This document shows positions 9,284 to 19,458 of a DNA stretch of 64,000 bases, one piece after another. Positions within the stretch are counted from its first letter, which is position 1. Every line of letters starts with the position of its first letter. Location: the IMG/VR virus record IMGVR_UViG_3300046332_000238, positions 1 through 64,000 of that record; one strand, given 5' to 3'. This DNA is from a virus. A model generated the notes under the pieces. That model saw only the letters and a list, made by a program, of their open reading frames with translations. It did no database searches and had not been told where the DNA came from. The position numbers and the translations under genes are program-made.

Positions 9284-11191
9284 ATGATTAATAAAAAGGT
9301 TGCAGCAGTCGCTGATGCTGTTAGAGATATTTTACAACAAGAAGCAAAAGAATTATCAGCAAAGCAGAAGAAAATTGCTGCTCTTGCTGGTGATAAAGAT
9401 AAGATCGATGCAGAAGATTTTAAAAAACTTCGTGGTGAAGAACTTGAAATTACCATGACTGCTGAAGAATTTGAACAATTGGATGAATTGTCTAAAAAAA
9501 CTTTAGGTGCTTATATAAAGAAAGCTTCTGTTAATAATATGGCTCAAGGTATTAAATTTGGTTCACACGCAGAAAAAGGTGAAACAGATGATGCCATTAA
9601 GGTTGGTAATAAGTTTAGTAAACGTAGTGGTAACATCGGTAAAGCTACTGATAGATTAACCAAAGAAGAAGATAGTACACAATCAGCAATGTCTATGTTT
9701 TCTAGAATCATGGAAAAAGTTGCTGAACGTGAACTAGATGAAGCATTCCCTACTGTTGCTGATGCTCGAAAAAAAGCAAATGCGCCACAACCAAGTGGTG
9801 GTGCAGGTATCAAACAAGGTACACGTTACGGTGGTGGTCGTCAAGCACCTGATGTAGAACCAGAAGATGATGACGAAAAGAAACCATTTACTCGTATGAG
9901 TGGTGCTCACAAGAATCGCAGAACAGATACCAAACTGTATAAAGAAGAAGAAGTTGACGAAGCTGCTGGTAAGCTAGCCGAGGAAGGTGTAGTAAAAGAT
10001 ATCAAGCGTTTGGTTACTGGTAAAGATGCAAAAAGTCGTGCTGGCCAAGAAATTGCTAAATCACAAGATGCTAATATGAAAGGCGACTACAAAACCTCTA
10101 AGAAGCATTTTGACCGTTTTGATAAATTAGATAAATTAACACAAAAAGAAGAATTTGAATCTGTCGATGAAGCTAAAGATGAATATGACAAAATGTTTGA
10201 TAAACTTATGAAAAAATCTGGTGACAGATTGACGAAAAAGTATTCAAATGATGTTAAAAAAACAAAAGATAACAATAGCGGTAAATCATTGGATAAACAC
10301 ATCAAGAAAAATCCAAATGTAATCAAAACCTATTCAAATGATGTTCAAAGAACAAAAAAAATGTATGGTGAAGAAGTTGATGAATCTGCATTCGATCCAT
10401 TAAAACACGTTAAGAATCCTACTCCAGGTGAAAAGACTGCTGCGAAAGATGTTAAACGTGGAAGTTATGCTGATCGTGCTGCAATGTTAAAATCAGCAGA
10501 AGCTGGTGGACGTTTGAAGGAAGATGGAAATCCACCATGGGACGGTCCTTCTACCAAAACCAAAGGTGATGTGAAAGACAAGTCTGGTGCTGTTCATACT
10601 GCTGCTTCTCGTGCAAAAGATTCTGCACAAAAAGGTATGAAAACTTTTGCTCAAAAGAGAAAAGAATTGGAAGAATCTTTATCAAAAAAAGCACCGCCAG
10701 CAGACTGGATTCATGATTTTGTCCATAGTGACAATCCAAAGTTTGCTGGCAAATCAACAAAAGAACGTCAGAAAATGGCTTTAGCAGCATACTATGCAAA
10801 GCAACGCAATGAAGAAGTTGATATGGATGAAGCATTTGATACTACCAATCCACAATCTTATAGTGTAACTGTACACCATAAAACAAAAGATGGTGAAACT
10901 GGTAAAGCAGAATACAAAATCAACAAAGCAAATTCTGGTACACATGCTAAACATATTGCAATGCAACGTCATGAAAAGGCTTTATCTGCATCTGGAATTA
11001 AAGTTAGTTCAATGCACACAGATTCACAAAATGTTAAACCATTGGGTGAAGGTCGCGGACCAACAAGTCAAGTTGATGAACCATTTGTGACTGATGATTC
11101 TAAACCATTGCAAAATGCAAAAGATTTGGCCAAATCAACAATGAAACGCATCAAGACTGAAATGATGGGTAAAACCGGAACTTCTGAATAA
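9284..11191 (+). CDS. Probable internal head protein with many protease-site-like motifs
   Basis: Charged modules separated by QLDE, ELDE, EVDE, SVDE, ELEE, DMDE. Confidence 0.55.
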   Translation: MINKKVAAVADAVRDILQQEAKELSAKQKKIAALAGDKDKIDAEDFKKLRGEELEITMTAEEFEQLDELSKKTLGAYIKKASVNNMAQGIKFGSHAEKGETDDAIKVGNKFSKRSGNIGKATDRLTKEEDSTQSAMSMFSRIMEKVAERELDEAFPTVADARKKANAPQPSGGAGIKQGTRYGGGRQAPDVEPEDDDEKKPFTRMSGAHKNRRTDTKLYKEEEVDEAAGKLAEEGVVKDIKRLVTGKDAKSRAGQEIAKSQDANMKGDYKTSKKHFDRFDKLDKLTQKEEFESVDEAKDEYDKMFDKLMKKSGDRLTKKYSNDVKKTKDNNSGKSLDKHIKKNPNVIKTYSNDVQRTKKMYGEEVDESAFDPLKHVKNPTPGEKTAAKDVKRGSYADRAAMLKSAEAGGRLKEDGNPPWDGPSTKTKGDVKDKSGAVHTAASRAKDSAQKGMKTFAQKRKELEESLSKKAPPADWIHDFVHSDNPKFAGKSTKERQKMALAAYYAKQRNEEVDMDEAFDTTNPQSYSVTVHHKTKDGETGKAEYKINKANSGTHAKHIAMQRHEKALSASGIKVSSMHTDSQNVKPLGEGRGPTSQVDEPFVTDDSKPLQNAKDLAKSTMKRIKTEMMGKTGTSE

Positions 11192-11199
11192 GGCACAAA

Positions 11200-12519
11200 A
11201 TGAGCAATAAAGCAAAAATATTAAAAGATATTGTCAAAGGTGTGCCTGCAAAGGTCACTTTTGGCACCGACCCGAAAGATCCTTGGTCGACTAAAGCAAA
11301 TATTGCTGAAGATGCTGCTTTGAACAAGTTTCTTATGTCAAGAGGTATTAATCCTGAGTTTGTTAGCAAAGATACTAAGGTGTCACATTCTAAATCGGGT
11401 GAATTCCTAAAGTGGAAACAAGACCATATGTTGGAATCAATGCATGTGTTGGATAAGAAGGATACAATTACCTTTGATATTCCATTGTTGATTCGCGTGT
11501 TGGAATTGACAAGAGAACATATCAAGACTGATATCAATCTACATAAGATGGTGGAGAAGTTAATTAATCTGCGTAAACGCGGTGTATTGACTATGGATGA
11601 TTACAAATATATTACTCAAATTCGTGAATCATTTGAAATTGAGGAAGATTGTTCATGCAATATCAAAACCCAAAAAGACTGGGAGAAGTTTGCTCAGATG
11701 GCAGCAGAGAAGTGGAGACTGAAACAACTGAAAAAGATTGATGAAGTATCTACACCCAGAGAAAAGTTCAATGCTGGGTTAAAGAAGTCTGGTTACGATC
11801 CTCATGCTGGTGCAAAACGACTTACTGATTTATTGGCAAAACAGAAAGCAGAACGTGAAGCACACGAAAAGAAGTATGCTCATTTGTATGCTAATGAAGA
11901 TGTTTATCAGGACCCAAAAGCTGCAACTCAAACAGTTTTTGACGGTGCAAATAATACTGATGACACTTCAATGAAATCAGAAAGATCAAAGTCTGCTCGT
12001 ATCATTAAATCAATATACAAGAACAAAGGTGTAACTGAAAATATTGATGTTGTTTTGGATGAATCGATTACCACAAAGAAAATTGCCAATGGCCAGCACG
12101 CTGTATATTGGAAAGATGCACCAACGCAGTATGAAATTTATAATGCAGATTCTGGTTCCAGTGGACATGGTGGAAATATGTATGGTATTCACAACAAAGA
12201 TACTCAAAAACATCAGCTTGTTGGAAGTTTGCAAAAAGCAAAAAAGATGTTACATCTAACAATGTCACAAAAAGAAAAAACCAAAGTTACTGAAGAAATC
12301 TACGATCATGAGAAAGAAGATAAATCGGTTGCAACTTATGGTAAGAAACCTAATGTGAAAGTGAATGACTCAAAAGGCCAAGGTGATAATCCAGATAAAG
12401 CTGCGATTATTGTTAAAGGCGGTAAAACATTAACAGGACAAGGTAGAGATACTTTAGAGATTGACCCTGAAATGAAGCGTCCTAGTAAACCAGGCGCACC
12501 AAAAGACGAAAATAAGTAA
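11200..12519 (+). CDS. Hypothetical, probable internal head protein
   Basis: Similar modular structure with IAE, MLE, IRE, IDE, LDE, VTE motifs. Confidence 0.5.
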   Translation: MSNKAKILKDIVKGVPAKVTFGTDPKDPWSTKANIAEDAALNKFLMSRGINPEFVSKDTKVSHSKSGEFLKWKQDHMLESMHVLDKKDTITFDIPLLIRVLELTREHIKTDINLHKMVEKLINLRKRGVLTMDDYKYITQIRESFEIEEDCSCNIKTQKDWEKFAQMAAEKWRLKQLKKIDEVSTPREKFNAGLKKSGYDPHAGAKRLTDLLAKQKAEREAHEKKYAHLYANEDVYQDPKAATQTVFDGANNTDDTSMKSERSKSARIIKSIYKNKGVTENIDVVLDESITTKKIANGQHAVYWKDAPTQYEIYNADSGSSGHGGNMYGIHNKDTQKHQLVGSLQKAKKMLHLTMSQKEKTKVTEEIYDHEKEDKSVATYGKKPNVKVNDSKGQGDNPDKAAIIVKGGKTLTGQGRDTLEIDPEMKRPSKPGAPKDENK

Positions 12520-12563
12520 CAGATAAATAGAACTATAACCCTCGGTTAAAAGGAGAAATAAAA

Positions 12564-13214
12564 ATGTCATCTTGGGGCAATAACGATAATGCAGCGAACA
12601 CACCATTGTGGGCTGCGATGCAAGTAAAAAGAAAACCAGATAGTACAAATACCACTTTATTATTCGCTAATACCACTGCTGATGCTTTCATCACTGGTGA
12701 AACAATTGGCGTATTTGGTGTTGATGCACAAGAATCCGCAGTAAATCATGGTGCTCACACTGGTTGGGTATTAAGAACTGTTGGTTCTGGTGGTCGTGCT
12801 GGTCGCGTACAAGAAGAAGTTCTTGTTGCAATGAACACAATGAATACTGATGGTGATGGTCAAACATACGCAAACGTGTCTATCACATTTGGTGGACCAT
12901 CAAATCAAACAGTTCGCGCTAATACTGCAAATGCTAATACTGCCGTATTCAACTCATCAGTTACATTAAAAGGTAACACTGCTGCAACATTGACATATCA
13001 ATGGCAAGTAGATACTGCAACAGGTTCATTAGGTTGGACTAACGTCGCAAATGCTACACCGTCGAATACAACATACACTGGCGGTACTTCTGCTGCATTG
13101 ACTGTATATCCATATGCTGTTGATGCAAATACCTATGTGTATCGTGTAGTTGTTACTGCTGCTGATGAAGGTGTAACTGCAACTTCTGCAAACGCAACAT
13201 TAACTGTACTTTAA
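12564..13214 (+). CDS. Virion structural protein with C-terminal Ig-like domain
   Basis: LTYQWQ...W...YVYRVVVT...TSANATLTV Ig pattern; strong RBS; GATAAATA late-like element upstream. Confidence 0.65.
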   Translation: MSSWGNNDNAANTPLWAAMQVKRKPDSTNTTLLFANTTADAFITGETIGVFGVDAQESAVNHGAHTGWVLRTVGSGGRAGRVQEEVLVAMNTMNTDGDGQTYANVSITFGGPSNQTVRANTANANTAVFNSSVTLKGNTAATLTYQWQVDTATGSLGWTNVANATPSNTTYTGGTSAALTVYPYAVDANTYVYRVVVTAADEGVTATSANATLTVL

Positions 13215-13226
13215 AGTAACCAATTA

Positions 13227-13258
13227 GTGGGAGTGGACGCAAGTCCCTCCCATTTTTT
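13227..13258 (+). terminator. Rho-independent terminator
   Basis: GTGGGAG-T-GGAC-GCAA-GTCC-CTCCCAT followed by T run. Confidence 0.8.
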
Positions 13259-13271
13259 ATAAGCATAAACT

Positions 13272-13658
13272 ATGTTTGATGATTTGAATGAAGAAAACTT
13301 TACAATGTATGCAGTTAAATGCTATACTTCACCTCACTGTATTATGTCAGAATTTGAAGGTGATATAAAGAGAACAAAGTATTTAAAAAGATTGTTTCGT
13401 AGATACAAGACTTCAAAATCTTTAAAAGAACGACTAATCATCAACCATATCATCTTATTGAATAATGTTTTTGGTACAGAAGTTACTGCAAGAATACTAT
13501 TCTATAAGATAGATGAACGTGACTATGATATACTAAAAACCTTTTTGGGTTATTTGAATATCATGCCAGATTTTGTTTATGGCATCCGTGGTAAGAATAT
13601 AATTTCATCTGAAATTCCCATCGATTTACATATCGCAGAGATATTGAGCAAAATATGA
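13272..13658 (+). CDS. Conserved-looking T4-like phage hypothetical protein
   Basis: YLKRLFRRY...LKERLIINHIILLNNVFG. Confidence 0.6.
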   Translation: MFDDLNEENFTMYAVKCYTSPHCIMSEFEGDIKRTKYLKRLFRRYKTSKSLKERLIINHIILLNNVFGTEVTARILFYKIDERDYDILKTFLGYLNIMPDFVYGIRGKNIISSEIPIDLHIAEILSKI

Positions 13659-14491
13659 AAACATTCAAAGAGTTTTTCGCCGAAAATAAATCAGGAGATT
13701 CTTCTCTACATGATTGGTTCACCAAAAGCAAATCTTCCGATGGAAAACCTGGATGGGTACAATTAGGTGGCAAATATGCAGGCAAGTCTTGTGCAAAACA
13801 ACCAGGTCAAACAACAAAGCCAAAGTGTGGAAGTTCCAAAATGGCATCATCTATGAGTGACAAAGAAGAAAATGCTGCAGCAAGAAGAAAACGAGAACAA
13901 GATCCAAATGCAGACAGAAAAGGTAAAGCAATAAATGTTGCTACTGAGGAAACTGTATTTGAAGATGCTTGTACAACAAAAGTGAAGTCTCGATACTCTG
14001 TCTGGCCAAGTGCATATGCATCTGGAGCTTTGGTTCGTTGCCGTAAAGTTGGTGCAAAAAATTGGGGTAATAAAACAAAAAAAGAGGAAATGCAATTGCT
14101 TACTTTTAAATCATTTGTGGCCGAACATTGCTGGCCTGGTTATAAATCTGTTGGTATGAAAGAAAAGAACGGCAAACAAGTTCCAAATTGCGTACCCGAA
14201 GAAACTCAAATAGAAGAAGTTGCTGCATGGCAACGTAAAGAAGGCAAACGAGAATCTGGTGGATTGAATCAGAAAGGTGTTGATTCTTATCGTAGAGAAC
14301 ATCCAGGTTCAGAATTGAAAACTGCGGTCACAACAAAACCTTCAAAATTAAATCCAGATTCAAAATCAGCAAAACGACGTAAGAGTTTCTGTGCAAGAAT
14401 GTCTGGCATGAAAAAGCGATTAACCTCTGCAAAAACTGCAAATGATCCAGATTCAAGAATCAACAAGTCATTGAGAAAGTGGAATTGTTAA
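13655..14491 (+). CDS. Modular basic internal protein (DUF6321-like C-terminus)
   Basis: MKTFKEFFAE start; modules WPSAYASG, CWPGY..VPNCV, RRKSFCARM..WNC separated by xxE sites. Confidence 0.6.
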   Translation: MKTFKEFFAENKSGDSSLHDWFTKSKSSDGKPGWVQLGGKYAGKSCAKQPGQTTKPKCGSSKMASSMSDKEENAAARRKREQDPNADRKGKAINVATEETVFEDACTTKVKSRYSVWPSAYASGALVRCRKVGAKNWGNKTKKEEMQLLTFKSFVAEHCWPGYKSVGMKEKNGKQVPNCVPEETQIEEVAAWQRKEGKRESGGLNQKGVDSYRREHPGSELKTAVTTKPSKLNPDSKSAKRRKSFCARMSGMKKRLTSAKTANDPDSRINKSLRKWNC

Positions 14492-14685
14492 TGAAAACAT
14501 TTAAGCAATATGTAAAAGAAGATGGCATGGGTGGAGGTGCTGTTGCAGCTGCACCTACTAATGTCGTAGGTGGTGGTTCTATTGCGGGCAGTGGTGGTAA
14601 AGGTGGTGAACCTGGTGTCAATTTAAAGAAGAAAAAGACACCAGTAATGATGCCTGTCGTGTCACGCAAATCACCAAAGATGTAA
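14491..14685 (+). CDS. Small internal-protein-like ORF
   Basis: MKTFKQYVKE then Gly-rich APTNVVGGG. Confidence 0.55.
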   Translation: MKTFKQYVKEDGMGGGAVAAAPTNVVGGGSIAGSGGKGGEPGVNLKKKKTPVMMPVVSRKSPKM

Positions 14686-14687
14686 TC

Positions 14688-15116
14688 ATGTGGATACTTA
14701 CATTTCTTCCTGATTGGGTTTTCTATGCAATATTCTTTGCTGGCGTAATTGGTTTACTATCAGCATTTGCATTAAAGTTTATTCCATTCGTGTCGAGTTA
14801 TACTTTACCAATTCAAATTGTTTCAATCATATTAGTATTGATTGGTTCATTTATGTCAGGTGCAATATCCGACAATAATGAATGGAAATTAAAAGTAGAA
14901 GAAATAAAAGTTAAGAATGCTGAAGATGCTGCAAAGTCAGCACAAGAAAATGTACAGATTGTAACTAAGATTGTTAATAGAACTAAGATTGTTAAAGAAC
15001 ATGGTGAAGATGTAATCAAATACATCGACAAAGAAGTGGTTAAGTATGACGATAAATGTGTAATACCCGTTGAATTCGTCAAAGCACTAAATGATGCAGC
15101 GGAGGCACCAAAATGA
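14688..15116 (+). CDS. i-spanin (Rz-like)
   Basis: N-terminal hydrophobic segments, coiled coil, C-terminal Cys; precedes lipoprotein and endolysin. Confidence 0.65.
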   Translation: MWILTFLPDWVFYAIFFAGVIGLLSAFALKFIPFVSSYTLPIQIVSIILVLIGSFMSGAISDNNEWKLKVEEIKVKNAEDAAKSAQENVQIVTKIVNRTKIVKEHGEDVIKYIDKEVVKYDDKCVIPVEFVKALNDAAEAPK

Positions 15117-15367
15117 GATATCTACTAATTTGTTTAATTCTTTCTGGTTGCTCATCAATCTTTCCATCAAGTCTTAAATTCCCAGAAGCACCAGAACTAT
15201 TGACACAAAAATGCCCTGCGCTAGGTAAGTTGGAAGAAGGCGCAAAATTGAGTGAAGTCGCCAAATCCGTTTCTAATAATTATACTCTATATCATGACTG
15301 CTCAGATAAGAATGATGCCTGGAATGACTGGTATCAAAGACAGAAGAAGATATATGAGGATAATTAA
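15113..15367 (+). CDS. o-spanin lipoprotein (Rz1-like)
   Basis: Signal peptide with LSGC lipobox, Pro-rich, two further Cys. Confidence 0.75.
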   Translation: MRYLLICLILSGCSSIFPSSLKFPEAPELLTQKCPALGKLEEGAKLSEVAKSVSNNYTLYHDCSDKNDAWNDWYQRQKKIYEDN

Positions 15368-15981
15368 TGCAATTGACATTACAACAATTAAAACAACTAT
15401 TACCTAAAAATCAACACGTTGACCATTGGCATCATGTTCTGGAACAATTATTCCAGGATTATGAGATCAATACACCACAACGTATCGCTGCTTTTATAGC
15501 ACAATGTGCTCATGAGTCGGCTGAGTTTGCTATCATCAAAGAAAATTTAAACTATAAATGGGAAAGTCTGCGTAAGATTTTTTCAAAGTATTTTCCAACC
15601 GATGAACTAGCACAACAATACGCACACCAACAAGAAAAGATTGCAAATCGCATTTATGCTAATCGTATGGGCAACGGATCAGAAGAATCTGGTGACGGTT
15701 ACCGATATTGTGGTCGTGGACTGATTCAATTAACCGGCAAAAGTAATTATCAGGCATTTGCTGATAGTTTAGAAATGGATGTCAATGATGTTCCAGAATA
15801 TCTTGCAACATTTGAAGGTGCGGCACAATCTGCATGTTGGTTCTGGGAAAACAATAACTTAAACAAATTTGCAGACACTGGTGATATCTTAAAGATGACC
15901 AAAGTAATCAATGGTGGTACATTAGGCCTAGAAGAACGCAAAGCAAACTATCAACATGCACTAAATGTGTTAGGAGTATAA
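15367..15981 (+). CDS. Endolysin, glycoside hydrolase family 19
   Basis: AAFIAQCAHES, ENLNY, YANRMGNG, GRGLIQLTGKSNY, INGG. Confidence 0.9.
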   Translation: MQLTLQQLKQLLPKNQHVDHWHHVLEQLFQDYEINTPQRIAAFIAQCAHESAEFAIIKENLNYKWESLRKIFSKYFPTDELAQQYAHQQEKIANRIYANRMGNGSEESGDGYRYCGRGLIQLTGKSNYQAFADSLEMDVNDVPEYLATFEGAAQSACWFWENNNLNKFADTGDILKMTKVINGGTLGLEERKANYQHALNVLGV

Positions 15982-15982
15982 T

Positions 15983-16303
15983 ATGGCTGAAGAATCCGCA
16001 AAAGGTGCCCTAGTAGAGAAGATAACATTTGCGATATTACCGCTTTTGTTTAGTTGTGTAGTATATTTGATGAACGCACTTAGTAATCTTTCACATGAAG
16101 TAACTATTCTGAATAGTAAAATCTCTTTAGTTGTTACAAGTGATAATAAACAAGCATCAAATACAGGTGCCGAACTTGCTCGCGAAAAACTCAGACAAGA
16201 TTTGGAAAAAGAAATTCAAACGAATCGTGACATGATTAATGAAAACAAACAACATATTGCAGTATTAAATGAACAAGTTCAGCAAGCAATAAAGGGCAAG
16301 TAA
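15983..16303 (+). CDS. Single-TM coiled-coil protein in lysis cassette
   Basis: One hydrophobic segment followed by heptad-rich region. Confidence 0.55.
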   Translation: MAEESAKGALVEKITFAILPLLFSCVVYLMNALSNLSHEVTILNSKISLVVTSDNKQASNTGAELAREKLRQDLEKEIQTNRDMINENKQHIAVLNEQVQQAIKGK

Positions 16304-16304
16304 T

Positions 16305-16769
16305 ATGGCAGAAGAACAAAAAGTCATGAGTGAAAGTGAATTAAAAAAAGAAGATTGGATGAACTCCAAGTGGCGACCAATGATGGGTTGGATGTACATG
16401 TTGGTCTGTACTTGTGACTTTGTGATCTTTCCTGTATTATGGAGTGTAATACAATCAATTGGCCACGGACAAGTAAATATACAGTGGCAACCAATTACAC
16501 TGCAAGGTGCTGGTCTATTCCACATTGCAATGGGCGCCGTTCTTGGTATTGCTGCATTTGGTAGAACACAAGAGAAACTTGGTGGTGCAAATAATGGCAA
16601 TGTAGGTTCGGTATATGTTCCACCTGCACCAATAAATAATAATTCTACTGTGCAACAAAATACACAATCCTCGTATTATGCTCCGCCAGTACAACAACCA
16701 ACAACAACAATTTCGATAGGATATGGTGGCAAACCTGCACCACCTCCTGCGTATCAACCAGTTATCTAA
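16305..16769 (+). CDS. Holin-like protein (GTA 3TM holin type)
   Basis: WRPMMGW...FHIAMGAVLGIAAFGRTQEK. Confidence 0.7.
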   Translation: MAEEQKVMSESELKKEDWMNSKWRPMMGWMYMLVCTCDFVIFPVLWSVIQSIGHGQVNIQWQPITLQGAGLFHIAMGAVLGIAAFGRTQEKLGGANNGNVGSVYVPPAPINNNSTVQQNTQSSYYAPPVQQPTTTISIGYGGKPAPPPAYQPVI

Positions 16770-16780
16770 AAGGAAGCATA

Positions 16781-16945
16781 ATGAAAAGATCATTATTAAT
16801 TGCTCATCTATTATTAATTGCTTCTATTGGGATTGTACAGGCAGCAGAAATTAAAGAAGTGTGCCATAAAGAGACCAAAAACGGTAAACAAGTGAATGTT
16901 TGCAAAAAGATCAAAGTACACAAGAAATTGAGTACGGAGAAGTGA
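16781..16945 (+). CDS. Small secreted protein, 54 aa (not in ORF track)
   Basis: AAGGAAG RBS; MKRSLLIAHLLLIASIGIVQA signal peptide; two Cys. Confidence 0.6.
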   Translation: MKRSLLIAHLLLIASIGIVQAAEIKEVCHKETKNGKQVNVCKKIKVHKKLSTEK

Positions 16946-16946
16946 T

Positions 16947-17393
16947 ATGGCAAACATTCAACCGGATCAAGATTGTATTGCAATAAAAGTAGATGTTGGT
17001 GTTTTAAAACAACAAGTGTTGACACTGACACAATTGTGTGATAAAATGGACAAAGTAATTGAAAAACTAGTCGATAACCACGACCGTATGGTCGAACAGA
17101 TTTATACCGACATGGAAACAAGAAAAAAAGATACGGTTAATGACATTAAGGAACTTCATTCTAGGATTACTACGGTCGACAGAAACCTAGGTGATAAGAT
17201 TGAACTTACCGAACGTCGTATTATGGAAGAAATTAAAAGCTTACGCAATCAAATTTCAGAACATAATAAAAAAGAAGATGGTGAACTACAAAAGATCCTG
17301 CAATGGAAATGGACTGCTGCAGGTGGAATAGTTGTAATCTTATGGTTACTTTCCAACATCAAACTTGACATACTGACAAAACTACTGAATTAA
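16947..17393 (+). CDS. Coiled-coil protein with C-terminal membrane anchor
   Basis: Heptads, then WKWTAAGGIVVILWLL. Confidence 0.6.
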   Translation: MANIQPDQDCIAIKVDVGVLKQQVLTLTQLCDKMDKVIEKLVDNHDRMVEQIYTDMETRKKDTVNDIKELHSRITTVDRNLGDKIELTERRIMEEIKSLRNQISEHNKKEDGELQKILQWKWTAAGGIVVILWLLSNIKLDILTKLLN

Positions 17394-17414
17394 CCTTTTT
17401 TATTATATTATATT

Positions 17415-18461
17415 ATGAGCATTTTTATTGATCGAACTTTCTTACTGAGAGTTTCCCCTAAGCTTCCAAAATTCGCGCAGAAAAAAGAGGACCTGTATAA
17501 CTTCAGGTGTCCTCTTTGCGGCGATTCTGAAAAACACAAAAACAAAGCACGCGGTTACATCTATAAAAAGAGTAACAATTATTTCTATCGGTGCCACAAT
17601 TGTGGTGCATCAACCTCTTTCTATAATTTCTTAGAACAGGTTGATCCATCTTTGTTGAAAGAATATGCACTTGAACGATATAAGAACGGAGAAGTAGGTC
17701 CAAAAGATAATTATATCAAACCAACATTTGATGAATTTAAGGCACCTGCACCAAAGTTTAAAAAAGGTTTTAACATTCCGACTATTGAATCTTTACCAGA
17801 AGATCATTATGCAAAAGTCTATGTGAAATCTCGTAAGATTCCAGAGAATCATTATAACGATTTATATTTCGCACAAGACTTTAAAAAGTTTGTTGAAGAT
17901 TTGCAGATTGAAAAAGAAGGTTTGAAGGAAGATGATCCTCGATTGGTATTACCTTTCTATGATGTAGATAAGAACCTTATCGCATTTCAAGGTAGATCAC
18001 TTGGTGAATCCAAATTGCGTTACGTCACAGTTAAACTTGATGATGATAACAATAAAGTGTTTGGTGTCAACAGGATCGATCCAGAACGCATGATCTATGT
18101 GGTTGAAGGTCCAATTGACTCACTATTTCTAGACAATGCGGTGGCCACTGCCGATTCAAATCTGCAAGCTGTCACCAAACTCTATGATAAATCCAATGTG
18201 ACATTGGTGTTCGATAATGAACCACGAAATAAAGATATTTGTAGGCAGATGGAAAAAGCAATAGAAGATCATTTCAATGTGGTTATTTGGCCAGAAATGA
18301 TTGAGAGTAAAGATATTAATGATATGATTCTGGAAGGTTTTGCACCAGATGAAATTCAAGATATAATAAGTAAGAATTCCTTTGTGAATTTGAGAGCAAA
18401 GATGGAATTTGTTAATTGGAAAAAAACTGATAATTTAATGGAGAAAAAGAAATGGACGTGA
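17415..18461 (+). CDS. 61: DNA primase, T4 gp61-like
   Basis: NFRCPLCGDS..KARG, CHNC zinc finger; VEGPIDSLF, FDNEPRN, KDINDM TOPRIM. Confidence 0.95.
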   Translation: MSIFIDRTFLLRVSPKLPKFAQKKEDLYNFRCPLCGDSEKHKNKARGYIYKKSNNYFYRCHNCGASTSFYNFLEQVDPSLLKEYALERYKNGEVGPKDNYIKPTFDEFKAPAPKFKKGFNIPTIESLPEDHYAKVYVKSRKIPENHYNDLYFAQDFKKFVEDLQIEKEGLKEDDPRLVLPFYDVDKNLIAFQGRSLGESKLRYVTVKLDDDNNKVFGVNRIDPERMIYVVEGPIDSLFLDNAVATADSNLQAVTKLYDKSNVTLVFDNEPRNKDICRQMEKAIEDHFNVVIWPEMIESKDINDMILEGFAPDEIQDIISKNSFVNLRAKMEFVNWKKTDNLMEKKKWT

Positions 18462-19096
18462 AACTTATATCATACACACAAGGAGCAGACGGCAAGAACC
18501 TTTTAGAACAGGTTGCATTTGCTGCACGAGTGTCTAATCCTGCCAACCAGGACAACGCAGAGACTGCGGAAAAATTAGTTAGGTATCTTATCAAGAATCA
18601 ACACTGGTCGCCTCTGGAGATGGTTAACATCTGTCTGGAGATCACCACAACGCGAGATATTGCTCGTCAGATTCTAAGACATCGCTCGTTCTCTTTCCAA
18701 GAGTTTAGTCAGCGTTATGCAGTTGCTGACCTTGGTTGGGAATACAAAGAAGCAAGACTACAAGATTTGAAGAATCGTCAAAATAGTGTAACTACTGAAG
18801 ATGATGATTTACAAAAGTGGTGGAGAAAAGCACAATTTGACTTGTCTATGCAAGTTGAAGAAATCTATGCTGGTGCGCTTAGTCTTGGTATTGCAAAAGA
18901 ACAAGCTCGAGCAGTATTACCAGAAGGTATGACTGTATCTCGATTGTATATGAATGGAACCTTGCGTTCTTGGGTTCACTATATACAACTCAGGTCGGCA
19001 AATGGTACACAGAAAGAACATCAAGATGTTGCCATTGCTTGTGCCAGAGAAATTGAAACTGTTTTCCCTATGATTAAGGAGTTTGTGAATGTATAA
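18452..19096 (+). CDS. thyX: Flavin-dependent thymidylate synthase
   Basis: HWSPLE, RQILRHRSFSFQEFSQRY signature. Confidence 0.95.
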   Translation: MDVKLISYTQGADGKNLLEQVAFAARVSNPANQDNAETAEKLVRYLIKNQHWSPLEMVNICLEITTTRDIARQILRHRSFSFQEFSQRYAVADLGWEYKEARLQDLKNRQNSVTTEDDDLQKWWRKAQFDLSMQVEEIYAGALSLGIAKEQARAVLPEGMTVSRLYMNGTLRSWVHYIQLRSANGTQKEHQDVAIACAREIETVFPMIKEFVNV

Positions 19097-19436
19097 TGAT
19101 GTAAAGACTTTTATTGAAGCATGTGACCAAGAACGTAATGATGACAATGCTTATTTGTATCAGAAATTAATTAAAGAAGAATATACTGAATTTTGGGAAG
19201 CAGAAGCAGTAAGTGATGAAGTAGAAGAATTGGATGCTTGCATGGACATGATCTGGGTGATTCTAGGTTATTGTTACATGAAAGGTTGGGATGTGAATGG
19301 TGCATGGAATGAAGTTGCTCGTTCAAATCTAGCAAAAATTAATCCAGAAACAGGTAAAGTAAACAAAAGAGCAGATGGCAAAGTCCTTAAACCAGAAGGT
19401 TGGACTCCGCCACAATTAGAACAATTTACAAAATAA
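19089..19436 (+). CDS. MazG-like NTP pyrophosphatase (PRA-PH type)
   Basis: EEYTE, ELDACMD, SNLAK, DGKVLKPEGW. Confidence 0.8.
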   Translation: MYNDVKTFIEACDQERNDDNAYLYQKLIKEEYTEFWEAEAVSDEVEELDACMDMIWVILGYCYMKGWDVNGAWNEVARSNLAKINPETGKVNKRADGKVLKPEGWTPPQLEQFTK

Positions 19437-19458
19437 AAATAATAAGGCAATTTTAACT

